From: Nitrosopumilus sp.
GTDB lineage: Archaea; Thermoproteota; Nitrososphaeria; Nitrososphaerales; Nitrosopumilaceae
DNA: 64,000 bases
Assembly: GCA_965197525.1 (NCBI GenBank)
Contig: OZ240211.1
Location: forward strand, 1,600,001-1,664,000
Direction: 5' to 3'
Positions 8,645 through 19,961 of the stretch are shown here, piece after piece; the stretch's first letter is position 1, and each line of letters opens with the position of its first letter. The position numbers and the translations under genes were made by a program. A model generated the notes under the pieces. The model did not search any database. It was given only the letters and a program-made list of their open reading frames with translations, and was not told where the DNA came from.

Positions 8645-10360
8645 TTAATTCACTGGCAGCAATACATCAAATGATGCCACAATACGATCATCTATAGTAG
8701 CACCACGTACACCGTCACCGTACGTATATCTTTCATATACCTGCGAGACTACCTCATGTGTGCCAACAGTCCAGTCTTCAGTAATGGTAAACTCTGCACT
8801 AAAAGTATAATCATCAGGGTTGAATACACAGGACTCTACGCCATGGTAACCATCATGTCCCCGATTGGTAAAATGAGTGTGTGTGATATCATCATGATCG
8901 TGACTAATCCTGTCGTCTACGCTATAATCATAGCCACATAATATCATGCTTTCAGTAGTAAAGACAGTTACGCCCCAAGCATGTAGTACAGGTTCTATGT
9001 CTATTCCATCAGCATCTTGTCTTGTTGTATTCAATTGTGGAAACATCTGGCCTGTAACCAGTATTGTATCTCCTGCACGTGCAGACGTGGTATTAAGCGT
9101 AATATGTGATTGCGGTTGTGGGGGTTCTATGTCTTCTGGTGTTGTTTCTTCTTCTTCTACCTGATCAGATGCAGTAGCTATGATGCTTCCTGTCATCCAA
9201 GGGTGCAGTATGCAAGTATATTGTTGAGTACCTATAGTAATAGGTGTCCATAGGTATGTCTCTCCTGGAAACATTAGACGACTATCAAACACTGAACCCA
9301 TGACATTAGTAAGGTCTGAAGCCTCTCCTGACATCCATCTATGAATAGTGTTGTCTGTATTTTTGAATGTAACAGTATTGTTAAGAGGAATAGTAAGCTC
9401 GTTTGGAGTGCTGCATCCGTCTACTGTATCTTCACATCCTGGTACACTAGAGCCTGCAACAGGTTCTATGATGTATTGTGGTAGTGGAAGAGGCTTACTT
9501 GTAAAAACATCGGCCCATTGTCCAGGGAGAGTTCTAATTATAAGATCATCAGTCCACGGTCCAGGGGGGCCACCGTTGTATCTAGGGCGTATTTTTATCT
9601 TATATTCTGTATCTTCTTCTAAATCTGTGATGGTATATTGTGAACGTATAGGAAAAGCATTATGGTCTAAGTTTCTAAAAGTTTTGAATTTTTCTTCAGT
9701 TGTTTCTACAAACGCTATTCTGTAATCTTTTGGATCTCCTTCAGTTGGTGGTTGCCAGTCCACACTAATACTATGATCAGTGGCAACCATAGTTACACCA
9801 TGTATAGTATCACCTGAAAGTGGTGCTGGTATTGGTGTTGATACTCCTGACGATACAGATGTTTTGTTTCCTATGACTGGATCTTGTGTTGTTTCTGGAT
9901 CTGGTACTTCGTATTGTATTATTTCTGGATCTGGCACTGGTTCTGGTTCACTTGGCAGTTGACCCGTAGTAATTATCATATCAAAAGTCCATATTGTTGA
10001 ACCGCTGTCATATAGTGCCTTAATTCTTACCTTGTATTCTGTATTTTCTTCAAGGCCTGTAATGGTGTAGAATGAATCTGTAGTGACTGCCTTCTGATTC
10101 AAGATATCAGATGATGTATAATCCTCATTAGATGGGGCCCATGCTACTTTATAACTTGTTGGTTCTTCCTCAGGTGCTTCCCATTCAAGATCAATTGTAT
10201 CTATAGTACTGGTAAGAGTTGCAGTGTATACAAGTCGTTCCAAACCCGTATTTACTGGGTTGTAAAACACCGTTTCGTCTGCATGGGCATAGACAGCTAT
10301 TGAGATACTCATAACTGCCACAAGCATAGATGCAAACAGCATAGTTGTTTTACTTGTCAA
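8645..10360 (-). CDS. Secreted protein with two FN3 domains, a plastocyanin-like blue-copper domain and a His-rich Ig-like C-terminal domain
   Basis: Two FN3 motifs; cupredoxin motifs N.D...H and YTCILHPWM.G.I; SHDHDDITHTH segment. Confidence 0.85.
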   Translation of the reverse strand: MTSKTTMLFASMLVAVMSISIAVYAHADETVFYNPVNTGLERLVYTATLTSTIDTIDLEWEAPEEEPTSYKVAWAPSNEDYTSSDILNQKAVTTDSFYTITGLEENTEYKVRIKALYDSGSTIWTFDMIITTGQLPSEPEPVPDPEIIQYEVPDPETTQDPVIGNKTSVSSGVSTPIPAPLSGDTIHGVTMVATDHSISVDWQPPTEGDPKDYRIAFVETTEEKFKTFRNLDHNAFPIRSQYTITDLEEDTEYKIKIRPRYNGGPPGPWTDDLIIRTLPGQWADVFTSKPLPLPQYIIEPVAGSSVPGCEDTVDGCSTPNELTIPLNNTVTFKNTDNTIHRWMSGEASDLTNVMGSVFDSRLMFPGETYLWTPITIGTQQYTCILHPWMTGSIIATASDQVEEEETTPEDIEPPQPQSHITLNTTSARAGDTILVTGQMFPQLNTTRQDADGIDIEPVLHAWGVTVFTTESMILCGYDYSVDDRISHDHDDITHTHFTNRGHDGYHGVESCVFNPDDYTFSAEFTITEDWTVGTHEVVSQVYERYTYGDGVRGATIDDRIVASFDVLLPVN

Positions 10361-10403
10361 TGTATTTTTGTAATTAGGCCAGTATATGAATATAGTTATT
10401 GTC

Positions 10404-10432
10404 GGTTCTGTGAAGTTAACGGGTGCTGAAAG
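10404..10432. mobile_element. Orphan GGTTCTGT-type element end
   Basis: ggttctgtgaagttaacgggtgctgaaag matches the left half of the 58-bp elements. Confidence 0.55.
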
Positions 10433-10475
10433 AGATCACTGTTAACTTACCGTCACTTGAGATCTGGTTCGAAAG

Positions 10476-11820
10476 TGCTCTGTCGGATAACCCTGCCTAA
10501 AATTTCCTGAAACTGCAGTTGTGTAAACAAAATTTGAATGACAGCACAACAAACTATGTCTAATGGTATAAAATAGTAGGCGTACCCACACATCTCTAAC
10601 TTGCAAGAGAAAGATGGGCAGGCGTGCCAAATAACAAAACAACAATCAGGTTTATTATCTTTCGCACTGTTAGTAGAATCTCATATCGTAGGTGGTATGC
10701 TTTCATGACGCTTGATTCTGAAAAATATATCAATGTGGGCAGGCTAATGGTACTTGGACCCGACCCTAGATGGAAGGAAGATGTAAAGAAGGCCAACTAT
10801 CGCAAAAATGGGTATAAACCCGTTTATGTACAATGACGCGTTGTTTGCAGCGCTTGGTGTAATCAAAACCATTGCAGGACTGTCATACAAGAATCTAGAG
10901 GGATTATGTAAAGAAGCTCTCGGAGATGCAAACGCACCTGATCTCCATTATCCATGCAAGGATTACTAGTCTTGACATATCATTTGATGATTCCAATCGT
11001 GCCAATATCAAAACTCATGATGGTAAGACGATACGATTTGCCATAGATTCCACTGGAATGACTCCCTACAAACGTGGTGAGTCCATACACGAAAAATGGC
11101 ACGTCAAGCGAGGGTTCGTCAAACTGCACGTAATAGTGGATGAGTCTGACGGTACGGTGCTGTCAGCAAAACTGACAGATGATGACAGGGGTAGTGGGGA
11201 CACTTTACAGCTAGAAGAGCTGCTCGATGATGCACTAGAAAAGATTAAACCACAACAGACAGGTATCACGGAATGTGTAATTCAAAACTCAGACAAAGAA
11301 CAGCAACATCAAGATGTGGAATTGTTAGGAGATGATGGAGCATACGGTTCCCGGAAGAACGTGGCTGCGTGCAAAAAACGCAACGTATCTCCAATACTCA
11401 GACTTGCTGTGACATCAACTACGAGAGGAGATGGATACGGTGATGACTGGAGCAATCTTGTAAGAGAGCAATTTGGCTGCAAGACAAAAGGCGGCAGGAC
11501 GTACACCAACAGTCTAACCAAAAACGAAAAGTATGACAACCAGAAAAAATGGATGAAGGATACAAAGTATGGTAAGCGCTGGCGTGTAGAGTGTGTGTTC
11601 TCCTCCATCAAGCGCATCCAAGGTGAGGCGTTGTGGTCCCGCAAGGTACCGTACATGAAGCAGGAGATAAGACTTAGGATGTGGGTGCATAACGTGATCA
11701 CTAAGATGGGGGTGTACATATTTGACTGTCTATGATGGTCAATACGGAACATGGAAATCAAAACCGTCGCCTCCGTCACCCTTGTTGGGATCATGGGAGG
11801 GAAAGTTATCCGACAGAGCA
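10476..11820 (+). mobile_element. IS5-family (IS903-like) element with frameshifted transposase
   Basis: Perfect 16-bp TIR tgctctgtcggataac (10476-10491 and 11805-11820). Transposase motifs AIDSTG, KLH.IVD and Y.KRWRVECVFSSIKR; ORF broken near 10830 and 10940. No TSD seen. Confidence 0.9.
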
Positions 11821-11959
11821 TTATCTTCAAGAACTTTAAATATATTTTACATTTGTCAATAAAATCATTAAAATTATTGCCAAATTTTTAAACATATGAG
11901 TTATTCTTATATATATTCAAATGCATATTTAATACATGAAGATCGAGGTTGAGTCTTAA

Positions 11960-12307
11960 TTGGCAACAGCTTATGTGCTAATAAACTGTGAACTAGGTTC
12001 TGAAGAGTTGGTAATCTCAGAGCTCAAATCCATAGATGGCGTTGTAGAAGTGCATGGTACATTTGGCGCGTATGATATTTTAGCTAAAGTTGAATCGGGC
12101 CAAGTTGAAGCACTACGTGAGACTATCACTTGGAAGATTAGAAAAATTCCAAAGATCAGATCCACGTTAACTCTGATGGGTATTGAACAGTACTTCAGGG
12201 AATTATATATCTGGGTTACGTTTCTGCACCAAGGTTTTTTTCTGACAGTCCAACAAATCATTCACAGCTTGGTTCTTGCCGTCTTTTTTAGAAACAACAT
12301 GGTGTAA
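11960..12307 (+). CDS. Lrp/AsnC ligand-binding-domain protein; C-terminus replaced by read-through into the tnpB remnant
   Basis: Aligns closely with 56241-56480 up to ...TLTLMGIE (about 12188), then diverges. Confidence 0.85.
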   Translation: MATAYVLINCELGSEELVISELKSIDGVVEVHGTFGAYDILAKVESGQVEALRETITWKIRKIPKIRSTLTLMGIEQYFRELYIWVTFLHQGFFLTVQQIIHSLVLAVFFRNNMV

Positions 12308-13500
12308 GCCATGTTTTGATTCTTCTGTCTTGTGACGATAATCCCTACCGCCACTAATAACACTGACACTATTAGATGTGCCATTTTTATTAGCTAAAAT
12401 AATATTTTCCATGCTGTCACACCTGTAGTTTCCATATCTGTCTACAAGCGGGAGCCTTCGTATGCACGGAAGTCCGTAATGTCTGATGTTTGCGCCGGCG
12501 TTACCGTCTGCATCGCACAAAAATCCACAGTATACGCATTGAAACACATCCATGGGTTCTAGAGTTGCTGTTGATCATATTGCACTTACTACACGTTATG
12601 CTGGTGTAATGTGGAACAATCTCTAGTTCCATGGTTTTCGGCAGTCATTTTTATTCTATCCCTCATTCTTCCCATACCTGCCCCGAATCTCCCTGTTAAG
12701 GCCGCTTTTCCACTTTTCATTTTTTGCAGTCATATTGCCAATGTTTAGTTTCTCCATGACTATCACTCCTGCTCTCATCACAATCTGTTTGGCAAGGAAA
12801 TTATTGTGCTCGGTTCTTCTGTTGTTGAGTGTTTTCTTCATCCTCTTCAGTTTGCGATCCTCTTTTTTCCATCTGTTACTATGCAGTTTGTGACCGTCTC
12901 TTTTTGACTGTTCTTCTGAGACTACATCCTCTTTTTTTCTCATACAGGAATAAGGCGTCCTGTAAAAATCGGTGTTTATTCCGTCATGAACGACTAGGGA
13001 TTTCCTGACTCCAATGTCTATTCCGCATACGACTGTACGATCCGTAAGGTCTCTGTATTTTTAATGTCAGATGGATCTCAAACGTGCGGTTCGAATCGCT
13101 CGTATTGGCAGTGATTTTTTTGGTGTTCTCTACAAGCCTGTATGATACAATGTTGGTCTGGTAGAATTTACTAGTGCTGTTTTTGTCTTTTTCACATACC
13201 AGTTGCTTTGAAAGACTATTCAAAGACGACAACAGCTCCACCTGGCCTATGCCGGGCAGGTTCATGTACAGTTTTTTCCACTTTCCCATCCTTAGCGAGG
13301 GATGCTTACCGTTTACTGTTATGGATGCATGCTTTGCATTTTTGGCATTTCTGAACAAACTGTTTCTGTCAATCCATTTGTTTGGTTTGAGATTTTTAAA
13401 TGACGTGTGCCAGTTGTGGTTCTTGCCGCCAGTCTTTTTTGCCCAGTTTCGTACCCTACGTTTTTTTGCGCAGGATTTCAAATGTTTGTCTGCCTTCAAA
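12189..13500 (-). pseudogene. tnpB: Frameshifted tnpB (IS200/IS605 or IS607 type)
   Basis: Fragments carry RuvC-I GIDIG, RuvC-II VMEKL, YTSITCSKC and CVYCG..DAD.NA..NI in different frames. Confidence 0.8.
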
Positions 13501-13683
13501 CCTATTACCTTTTATACTTAAATTGTAATAGTAATTATCAATGACCTTCACAATCACTGTTCTATAAATAAAATCTTCTATTTCTTTTTCCATCCAGATA
13601 TATGATTGACGTATAATGTAATTATGTCCCCCTTAAATTGTAATAGTAATTACCCCTTCACAAATAAAAAAATGATGTAACCT

Positions 13684-13714
13684 TACTGGGAGGATCTCTC
13701 AGATCCTCTCAGTA
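13684..13714. other. Strong hairpin: either the tnpB element's subterminal end or the glnB terminator
   Basis: tactgggaggatct ctc agatcctctcagta: 14-bp stem with one position that is not Watson-Crick. Confidence 0.5.
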
Positions 13715-13758
13715 ATTACCAAGATTTGTTTTTAGTAAAATAAAATAAAATAAAATGG

Positions 13759-14100
13759 TTAGAGAGCTTCTGAACCACTATTTTTGGATGCTATATTATA
13801 AACACTATCTATATTAGATACTGTTATAATTCCATCTCCGCCTTTTCCTGTATAGGCCGCATCTGCAATAGCTGCAGAGACTTTCTCTACATCTCCGTCA
13901 TCAACTATTGTGACAACCACTGCAACTTTGTTATACTCTGCAGTAACTGTACCTGTACCTCTACCTGATCTGATCTCTTGTCTTGCTCCTGAACCTCTAC
14001 CATTTCCTTCCAAAATAGTAAATCCTCCAACAGCATCATTTATTGCGTCTGATACTGTTCCTATTTTGCTGCTTGGGATAGTTGCCTCGATTCGTTTCAT
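13759..14100 (-). CDS. glnB: P-II nitrogen regulatory protein
   Basis: GRGSG T-loop and TG..GDGII motifs; 113 aa. Confidence 0.9.
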   Translation of the reverse strand: MKRIEATIPSSKIGTVSDAINDAVGGFTILEGNGRGSGARQEIRSGRGTGTVTAEYNKVAVVVTIVDDGDVEKVSAAIADAAYTGKGGDGIITVSNIDSVYNIASKNSGSEAL

Positions 14101-14217
14101 TGTTATTTAATTTTTATTGATGTTTAAAAGCGATCCTATGTTTTTACTTTTATTTTATGATACTTGGGTTATTGTGTTATACTCAGATCTTTTTAGTAAT
14201 ACTAATCAACAAACATT

Positions 14218-14394
14218 GTGAAAAGTGACGAAAAGAGATCTCATCGACTTAACTATCTACTAAAGTGTTATCTGACTAATCCTGCAGAGAACGAATTGTA
14301 TATGCGTGCCAAACAGATGGGCGTAGCTGATTCAACTGCAAAAGATTATACAAGAACAGTAATGATACAAGCCCAAAAGATACGTTCAAGATAG
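14218..14394 (+). CDS. Small hypothetical protein (58 aa, absent from the ORF track)
   Basis: GTG-initiated MKSDEKRSHRLNYLLKCYLTNPAENELYMRAKQMGVADSTAKDYTRTVMIQAQKIRSR fills the intergenic gap. Confidence 0.65.
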   Translation: MKSDEKRSHRLNYLLKCYLTNPAENELYMRAKQMGVADSTAKDYTRTVMIQAQKIRSR

Positions 14395-14487
14395 CATCAT
14401 TATCTTTTGTCTGGGTAGCATTGGTTTGGACAATTCTTTTTTAATTCATCAAGATATTCATAAATAATCAGTTGGTAATAGGAAATT

Positions 14488-15267
14488 ATGGTAGATCAAT
14501 CTCTATTAGATGATGTAAAGAGTTTGTTAGATCGCGATTTTGGTGATGATAGAATTCTCAAACAAATTTTTAGAGCATGTCAACGTGATGAAGTTATTAG
14601 TAATTATGAAAGAAACTATGTTAAACGCTTAGCAGAAATGTATCTAGAAAAAAGACCTGATTTTTCTTCTCCTGATAATAATGATCTGTCTCAACCATTA
14701 ACAACATCTCCATCACCTCCTACTACTATACCTGATGTTGTACTACCTTTGACTAGTAAGACATTACAAATACAGCCGTTGCAAAAATCACAATCCAAGT
14801 CGTTTCTTAGTTCAAAAAAGGGTAAAGTGTTGATAGGGATTGGTATATTTGTTGTTTTGATAATGGTTATAGCAGTTGTAGCATTTGTATCTTTTGTCAA
14901 CTTAGTTAGTGATGGTACTGGTGGTGCTATTGACGCTGTAACTCCTCCTGCCGTGACTCCTATCATACCTCCATCTACTGTTTTTGAAGGATCGTTTATT
15001 CAAACTGATGTGTCATCTTATGTACATAAAGATCTCATCTCAATTAATGGCGCAATTAGTAGTGATACAGACCAAACTGTGCATCTGACTATCAAAGATC
15101 CAAATGACATAGTTGTGTGGGAAGAGCGACTTTCTTTGAAATCTAATGGAGAGTTCTCTACTTTAACAATTGCAGGTGGGTTAGGCTGGGATGATTCTGG
15201 TTTATATACACTTACAGCCGTAACTAATGTGGATATAATAGAAGCTAACTTTTTACTTACTAGATAG
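14488..15267 (+). CDS. Hypothetical single-pass membrane protein
   Basis: 259 aa with one central hydrophobic helix and an Ig-like C-terminal region. Confidence 0.75.
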   Translation: MVDQSLLDDVKSLLDRDFGDDRILKQIFRACQRDEVISNYERNYVKRLAEMYLEKRPDFSSPDNNDLSQPLTTSPSPPTTIPDVVLPLTSKTLQIQPLQKSQSKSFLSSKKGKVLIGIGIFVVLIMVIAVVAFVSFVNLVSDGTGGAIDAVTPPAVTPIIPPSTVFEGSFIQTDVSSYVHKDLISINGAISSDTDQTVHLTIKDPNDIVVWEERLSLKSNGEFSTLTIAGGLGWDDSGLYTLTAVTNVDIIEANFLLTR

Positions 15268-15412
15268 TCGCTATTTTGTACGGCAACTCCTAGTTTTTAC
15301 TAGTCAGTCATGTTGTTTTAAAGTTAGCACCAATTGAAACATACACATCGATCTATCCTATTGTTAAATTAACCAAAACATGATTTTGGTTAATCTTCTT
15401 ACTTGATTGGAG

Positions 15413-15634
15413 TTATCTGCAACAAAATTCATCTTTTGTCCCTTTGTATAAAACAAAATATTCCTCTTGGGGATGTCTATCTTTTTTGGCCTTCAAAGCA
15501 TCTTGATACATTTCAAAATGTTCAATTAAATATAGTTGCCCTTCCGGTGATTCAAAATAATCTATTCCAACTAGATTAAAACCTGTTTTGGGTGTTAGCT
15601 TTATTTTTTCATCTTTAAATATGTCACTAGTCAA
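15413..15634 (-). CDS. Hypothetical protein
   Basis: 73-aa ORF co-oriented downstream of tbp. Confidence 0.7.
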   Translation of the reverse strand: MTSDIFKDEKIKLTPKTGFNLVGIDYFESPEGQLYLIEHFEMYQDALKAKKDRHPQEEYFVLYKGTKDEFCCR

Positions 15635-15652
15635 TTTTTCAACTATCTCAAA

Positions 15653-16216
<564 letters not shown>

Positions 16217-16280
16217 AGCAACGAGTTTTGTATGATCCTTTATATATATCCGCAATATCTTTTTTAAAAATTCTATTATC

Positions 16281-16742
16281 TTAATGATGACCTACCCATT
16301 GATATCTATACTCTTCTTCAAATATCTCTGTCAACATATCTCTGTCCTTGATAATACTTGTTTCTGGTATGTTGTCTACATCAAATAGTCCTAGTTGACC
16401 TTTCAATGGGATTGGTTCTTGAAATATTCTTGCATTTTTTAACATAAATCCAAACGTCCTTTCCTGCAATTGCTGTGCTGAGAAATGGAATTTTTGATCT
16501 GCTTTTAACTCTTTTGCTGTTTTGTATTTTTTTATTTGGTATAATTCTGCTTTACCAACAATTGCCCCTGTAACAAATTTTTTCTTAATTTTTAATCGTT
16601 TAGAGTCAGCAACTCGTATTTTTAACGGTGCATGTACTAAAAATTCTCCACGAAATTTAGTATTCCAGCTTCGCAAATCAATGATTTTCTTTCCAGAGAT
16701 CACTAAATCAGCAAATGGTTGTGATATGCAAAGACATTTCAA
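16281..16742 (-). CDS. ASCH domain protein
   Basis: ISQPFADLVISGKK..D.RSW.T.FRG and G.LG.F motifs. Confidence 0.85.
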   Translation of the reverse strand: MKCLCISQPFADLVISGKKIIDLRSWNTKFRGEFLVHAPLKIRVADSKRLKIKKKFVTGAIVGKAELYQIKKYKTAKELKADQKFHFSAQQLQERTFGFMLKNARIFQEPIPLKGQLGLFDVDNIPETSIIKDRDMLTEIFEEEYRYQWVGHH

Positions 16743-16747
16743 GATTA

Positions 16748-18361
16748 TTAACTAGTAGCTACTTTGATTAATTGGCCAGGATTCTTGTCTCTTCCTTCCG
16801 GCAAGTTTGTTATTCCTCCACTCAAACTCTGAGTTTGAATTCCTTTGCTTGCAAGTACGTTGGCTGTCATAAGTGAAGTATTTCCTGCCATGCAAATTAG
16901 TAACGATCTGCCTTTTGATCCTTTTAGATCTTCTTTGAGCTCGTCTGGAACTTGACGTGTTGATAGTAATTGCTCTATGGTGCTTGCGTTTGGTATCTTT
17001 ATTTTTGATTTATCAACTCCAAGGGATTTTGCAATAACTTCTATCCCTTCCTCACGTGGAGTGTATTGAGTATGGACCCAAATAACTTTGTCATAGTCAT
17101 CTACCTTTGATGCTGCTTCTTGTAATGATACTTGGATACTTTCTTTCTCCTTTAGTATCTCCTCTAGATTCTTTCTATACTTTCCTATTCCGTCAGCAAC
17201 AATAATCATAAATTTTGAATTGTTATCCTCTGATATAGATATCATCTTCATTGCTTGGTAAAGTGCAAGAGCTGTACTCTCACCTATATCATGTCCCTTG
17301 TCTACAAAAAATTTTAAGAGGTACTTTGCTTGGTTAAAGTCAACTTCGTGCTCTTCAGCATATATTTCAGGCATGTATAACCCCAATCCTGCTGCTTTAT
17401 CCTTTGTTCTAATTCCTGCAACATCTTGACCTGCAGGAGGGAAAACTACATGTAGTGATTTTTTATTATATTTTTCTGACATGTATTTACTTAAACCACC
17501 TGATGTGCCACCGGTACCAAAAGCACAGATGGTCTTATAGTCTTCTAGACTATCTCCTTTATCATGTAGTTGTTGATCTATCTCTGCTGCGGTAACTGTT
17601 TTATGCACATCAATGTTTAGTTGGTTGTCGTATTGTTCTGGACAGAATAGATCATATATTTTTGCAAGAAATTTTGCTAAATTTATTATATCTTGTTTGG
17701 CCAAAAGTGTCTCTATCTCAGAGATCTCTTTGTCAAATATGTTAATATCAAATCCAAGTCCTACTAACTGTGAGCGAATATTGGCAGCAGCTGCTTTTGC
17801 TGCTAGAGCATTTTGATTATCTTGACTCCCTGGCGCAGGACAGATATCCATATCTAGATCCATAATGTGAATGTTCTCATCACGCAATTCTTTGAAGACA
17901 CCTTCTTGCAGCTTTCTTGACACAAGTGACACTACTTGTATTCCAAGCTTTGATAGTTGCCCTAGTGCTATTCCAAAGTTTCCAGAGGTAGCTTCAATTA
18001 CAGTCTGCCCCTCTCTTAATTTTCCAGTTACAATCGCATCATGTATTATGTGAACTGCTGCTCTTACCTTGATTGAACCACTGATCAGATTAGAGTCAAA
18101 CTTGCCGAAAATTTTCAAACTGCTATTATCTGTAAGATCTAATTTATACACATTTTTTGCACACCCTTTAAAATCATCTGTTAGGTCAACTAATGGTGTA
18201 GGATTAACAATAACGGTTTCATTGTTTTGTTTCTTCTCTTGATGAGGTACCTTGTTCCATATCTCCTTTTCAAATCGTTCAAGTAGACTAGTATCAGCGA
18301 CTCCATCTTCTTGCGTCTTCTTCTTCTTCAATGTATCGTCCATGACTTCTTGTTTTTTCAT
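16748..18361 (-). CDS. PLP-dependent cysteine-synthase-family enzyme fused to a rhodanese-like domain
   Basis: SGSIKVR, EATSGNFG and FGTGGT motifs; C-terminal ICMAGNTS...SLSGG. Confidence 0.85.
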   Translation of the reverse strand: MKKQEVMDDTLKKKKTQEDGVADTSLLERFEKEIWNKVPHQEKKQNNETVIVNPTPLVDLTDDFKGCAKNVYKLDLTDNSSLKIFGKFDSNLISGSIKVRAAVHIIHDAIVTGKLREGQTVIEATSGNFGIALGQLSKLGIQVVSLVSRKLQEGVFKELRDENIHIMDLDMDICPAPGSQDNQNALAAKAAAANIRSQLVGLGFDINIFDKEISEIETLLAKQDIINLAKFLAKIYDLFCPEQYDNQLNIDVHKTVTAAEIDQQLHDKGDSLEDYKTICAFGTGGTSGGLSKYMSEKYNKKSLHVVFPPAGQDVAGIRTKDKAAGLGLYMPEIYAEEHEVDFNQAKYLLKFFVDKGHDIGESTALALYQAMKMISISEDNNSKFMIIVADGIGKYRKNLEEILKEKESIQVSLQEAASKVDDYDKVIWVHTQYTPREEGIEVIAKSLGVDKSKIKIPNASTIEQLLSTRQVPDELKEDLKGSKGRSLLICMAGNTSLMTANVLASKGIQTQSLSGGITNLPEGRDKNPGQLIKVATS

Positions 18362-18395
18362 GCTCTTATAAAATATCTGATATGACTATCTTATA

Positions 18396-19961
18396 TCATA
18401 CATTTAAAATATTGATTACTTTGTTTGGAATATCCTTTAATCTACTAACTGCCATGGTTTTTTCATAGCCTAGATGTCTCAAGTTATTGGTTATCGTAGT
18501 GGCCCTTACCGTATTTGGCCCTAATCCTAATGCAACCATGCTAATTCCTAACCCTTTAAACGATTTGACCATGCCTCTTACAGCATTTGGATCTGATGGT
18601 TCGCCATCAGTTAATGTCAAGAAAATATCCGGTCTCTTTGATTGCAATACGTTGAACATCTTGTCGTAGATCTCAGCTAGCGGTGTTGAACCGTTTGCAA
18701 CAATCTGTGCCAATCTCTTTGCAGTTATGCTGTTCCACTTGACGTTTTCAGGTTTTATCGCCCAGCAGATCATCGCTCTATTTTCTGTATTAAACGCGTA
18801 CACTGCAAACTTTACCTGCAGAAAAGATAAAACCTCACACAGTGCCAAAGTCGCTTTTTTATACTCTTTGGCATCAGATGCGATACTTGAGGAGTGATCT
18901 AGCAGTATTACGATTTTGGTCTTGATGGATTTCTTGACGTCTGTGAAGAATGGTTTATGACCATCCATGTAACTCTCCTCATCGAACTCTTCACCTGTTC
19001 GCAAATGCTGTTCTCTCCAACCTGTTCTCCACTCCTTGAATTTCATCTTTAATCCATTAATCAAACTCATATCGTAAATTGTTGTTTCATCAACATTACT
19101 TGTTGATGGAATTTGAATACCTATTGTCTCTGATGCCACTCCTCTATTCTCTGTTTTTTTATTCTCATCAAGTAATACCTTGTATTCCTGATACACGTTA
19201 TCACCTTGGATGATAGCTGCTGAATCAACTTTACCGAATTCTCCTTCTTTGTTTTTAGCTATTATCTTGAGTATTCTAAGCAATTCTTCTTGCGTTAATG
19301 CCATACCCGCTTTCATAAATGCCAGAGATACTGGAATTGTCAAAAGCGAATCAATCTCTAGTATCTTAATGATTGTACCTATCTTCGTTTCAAGCCATTT
19401 GGTATCTTGTTCTTCATCAATCGCTTGCTTGATAATCCGTTTTGCAAATACAACCGCTTTTTTTACCTTCTCTAAGCTACTTGATTGTATCTCTCCTTTG
19501 ATTGCTCCAAACATAAAATATTGATAAAATGCTTCAACAATTCTTGCTCTTCCATACACTGTATGCAGTTGAGGCCTTGCAATAAGCATGTATGTATAGT
19601 TAAAGATTACTTCCTCATCCATTCCCTTCCAAATCTTTCTTCCTAAATGTTCAATTCGCTGTGTCTCTATTGTATTGAGGATGAATCCAAATGCATGATC
19701 ATTACTAAGTATCTCTTTACAATGTTTCATTCGCATCGCTTCGTACCACAACGATGTTCTAAACTGTCTATATTTCTGAAAATCGTCTCCTATTCTTTTC
19801 TTTAGTGGAGTTATGATTATCTTGTTCTCTTTCAGCCTTGTTCTAGTTTCTGTCTTTTCTGATATCTCTACTATGACGCCATCTTTTTCAGACCATCGTC
19901 TAACTAGAAAAGTTGCGATCTCTATTAACGAATCATTTTGTAATGAAGTGATTGATTGCAT
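18396..19961 (-). CDS. vWA domain protein (partner of the MoxR/CbbQ ATPase)
   Basis: MIDAS motif LLDHSSS, G.TP, and LTDGEP. Confidence 0.88.
   Translation of the reverse strand: MQSITSLQNDSLIEIATFLVRRWSEKDGVIVEISEKTETRTRLKENKIIITPLKKRIGDDFQKYRQFRTSLWYEAMRMKHCKEILSNDHAFGFILNTIETQRIEHLGRKIWKGMDEEVIFNYTYMLIARPQLHTVYGRARIVEAFYQYFMFGAIKGEIQSSSLEKVKKAVVFAKRIIKQAIDEEQDTKWLETKIGTIIKILEIDSLLTIPVSLAFMKAGMALTQEELLRILKIIAKNKEGEFGKVDSAAIIQGDNVYQEYKVLLDENKKTENRGVASETIGIQIPSTSNVDETTIYDMSLINGLKMKFKEWRTGWREQHLRTGEEFDEESYMDGHKPFFTDVKKSIKTKIVILLDHSSSIASDAKEYKKATLALCEVLSFLQVKFAVYAFNTENRAMICWAIKPENVKWNSITAKRLAQIVANGSTPLAEIYDKMFNVLQSKRPDIFLTLTDGEPSDPNAVRGMVKSFKGLGISMVALGLGPNTVRATTITNNLRHLGYEKTMAVSRLKDIPNKVINILNV

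Noticed and set aside
10467-11829. Target-site duplication around the IS5 element
   Set aside because: Flanks (gttcgaaag and ttatcttca) do not match.
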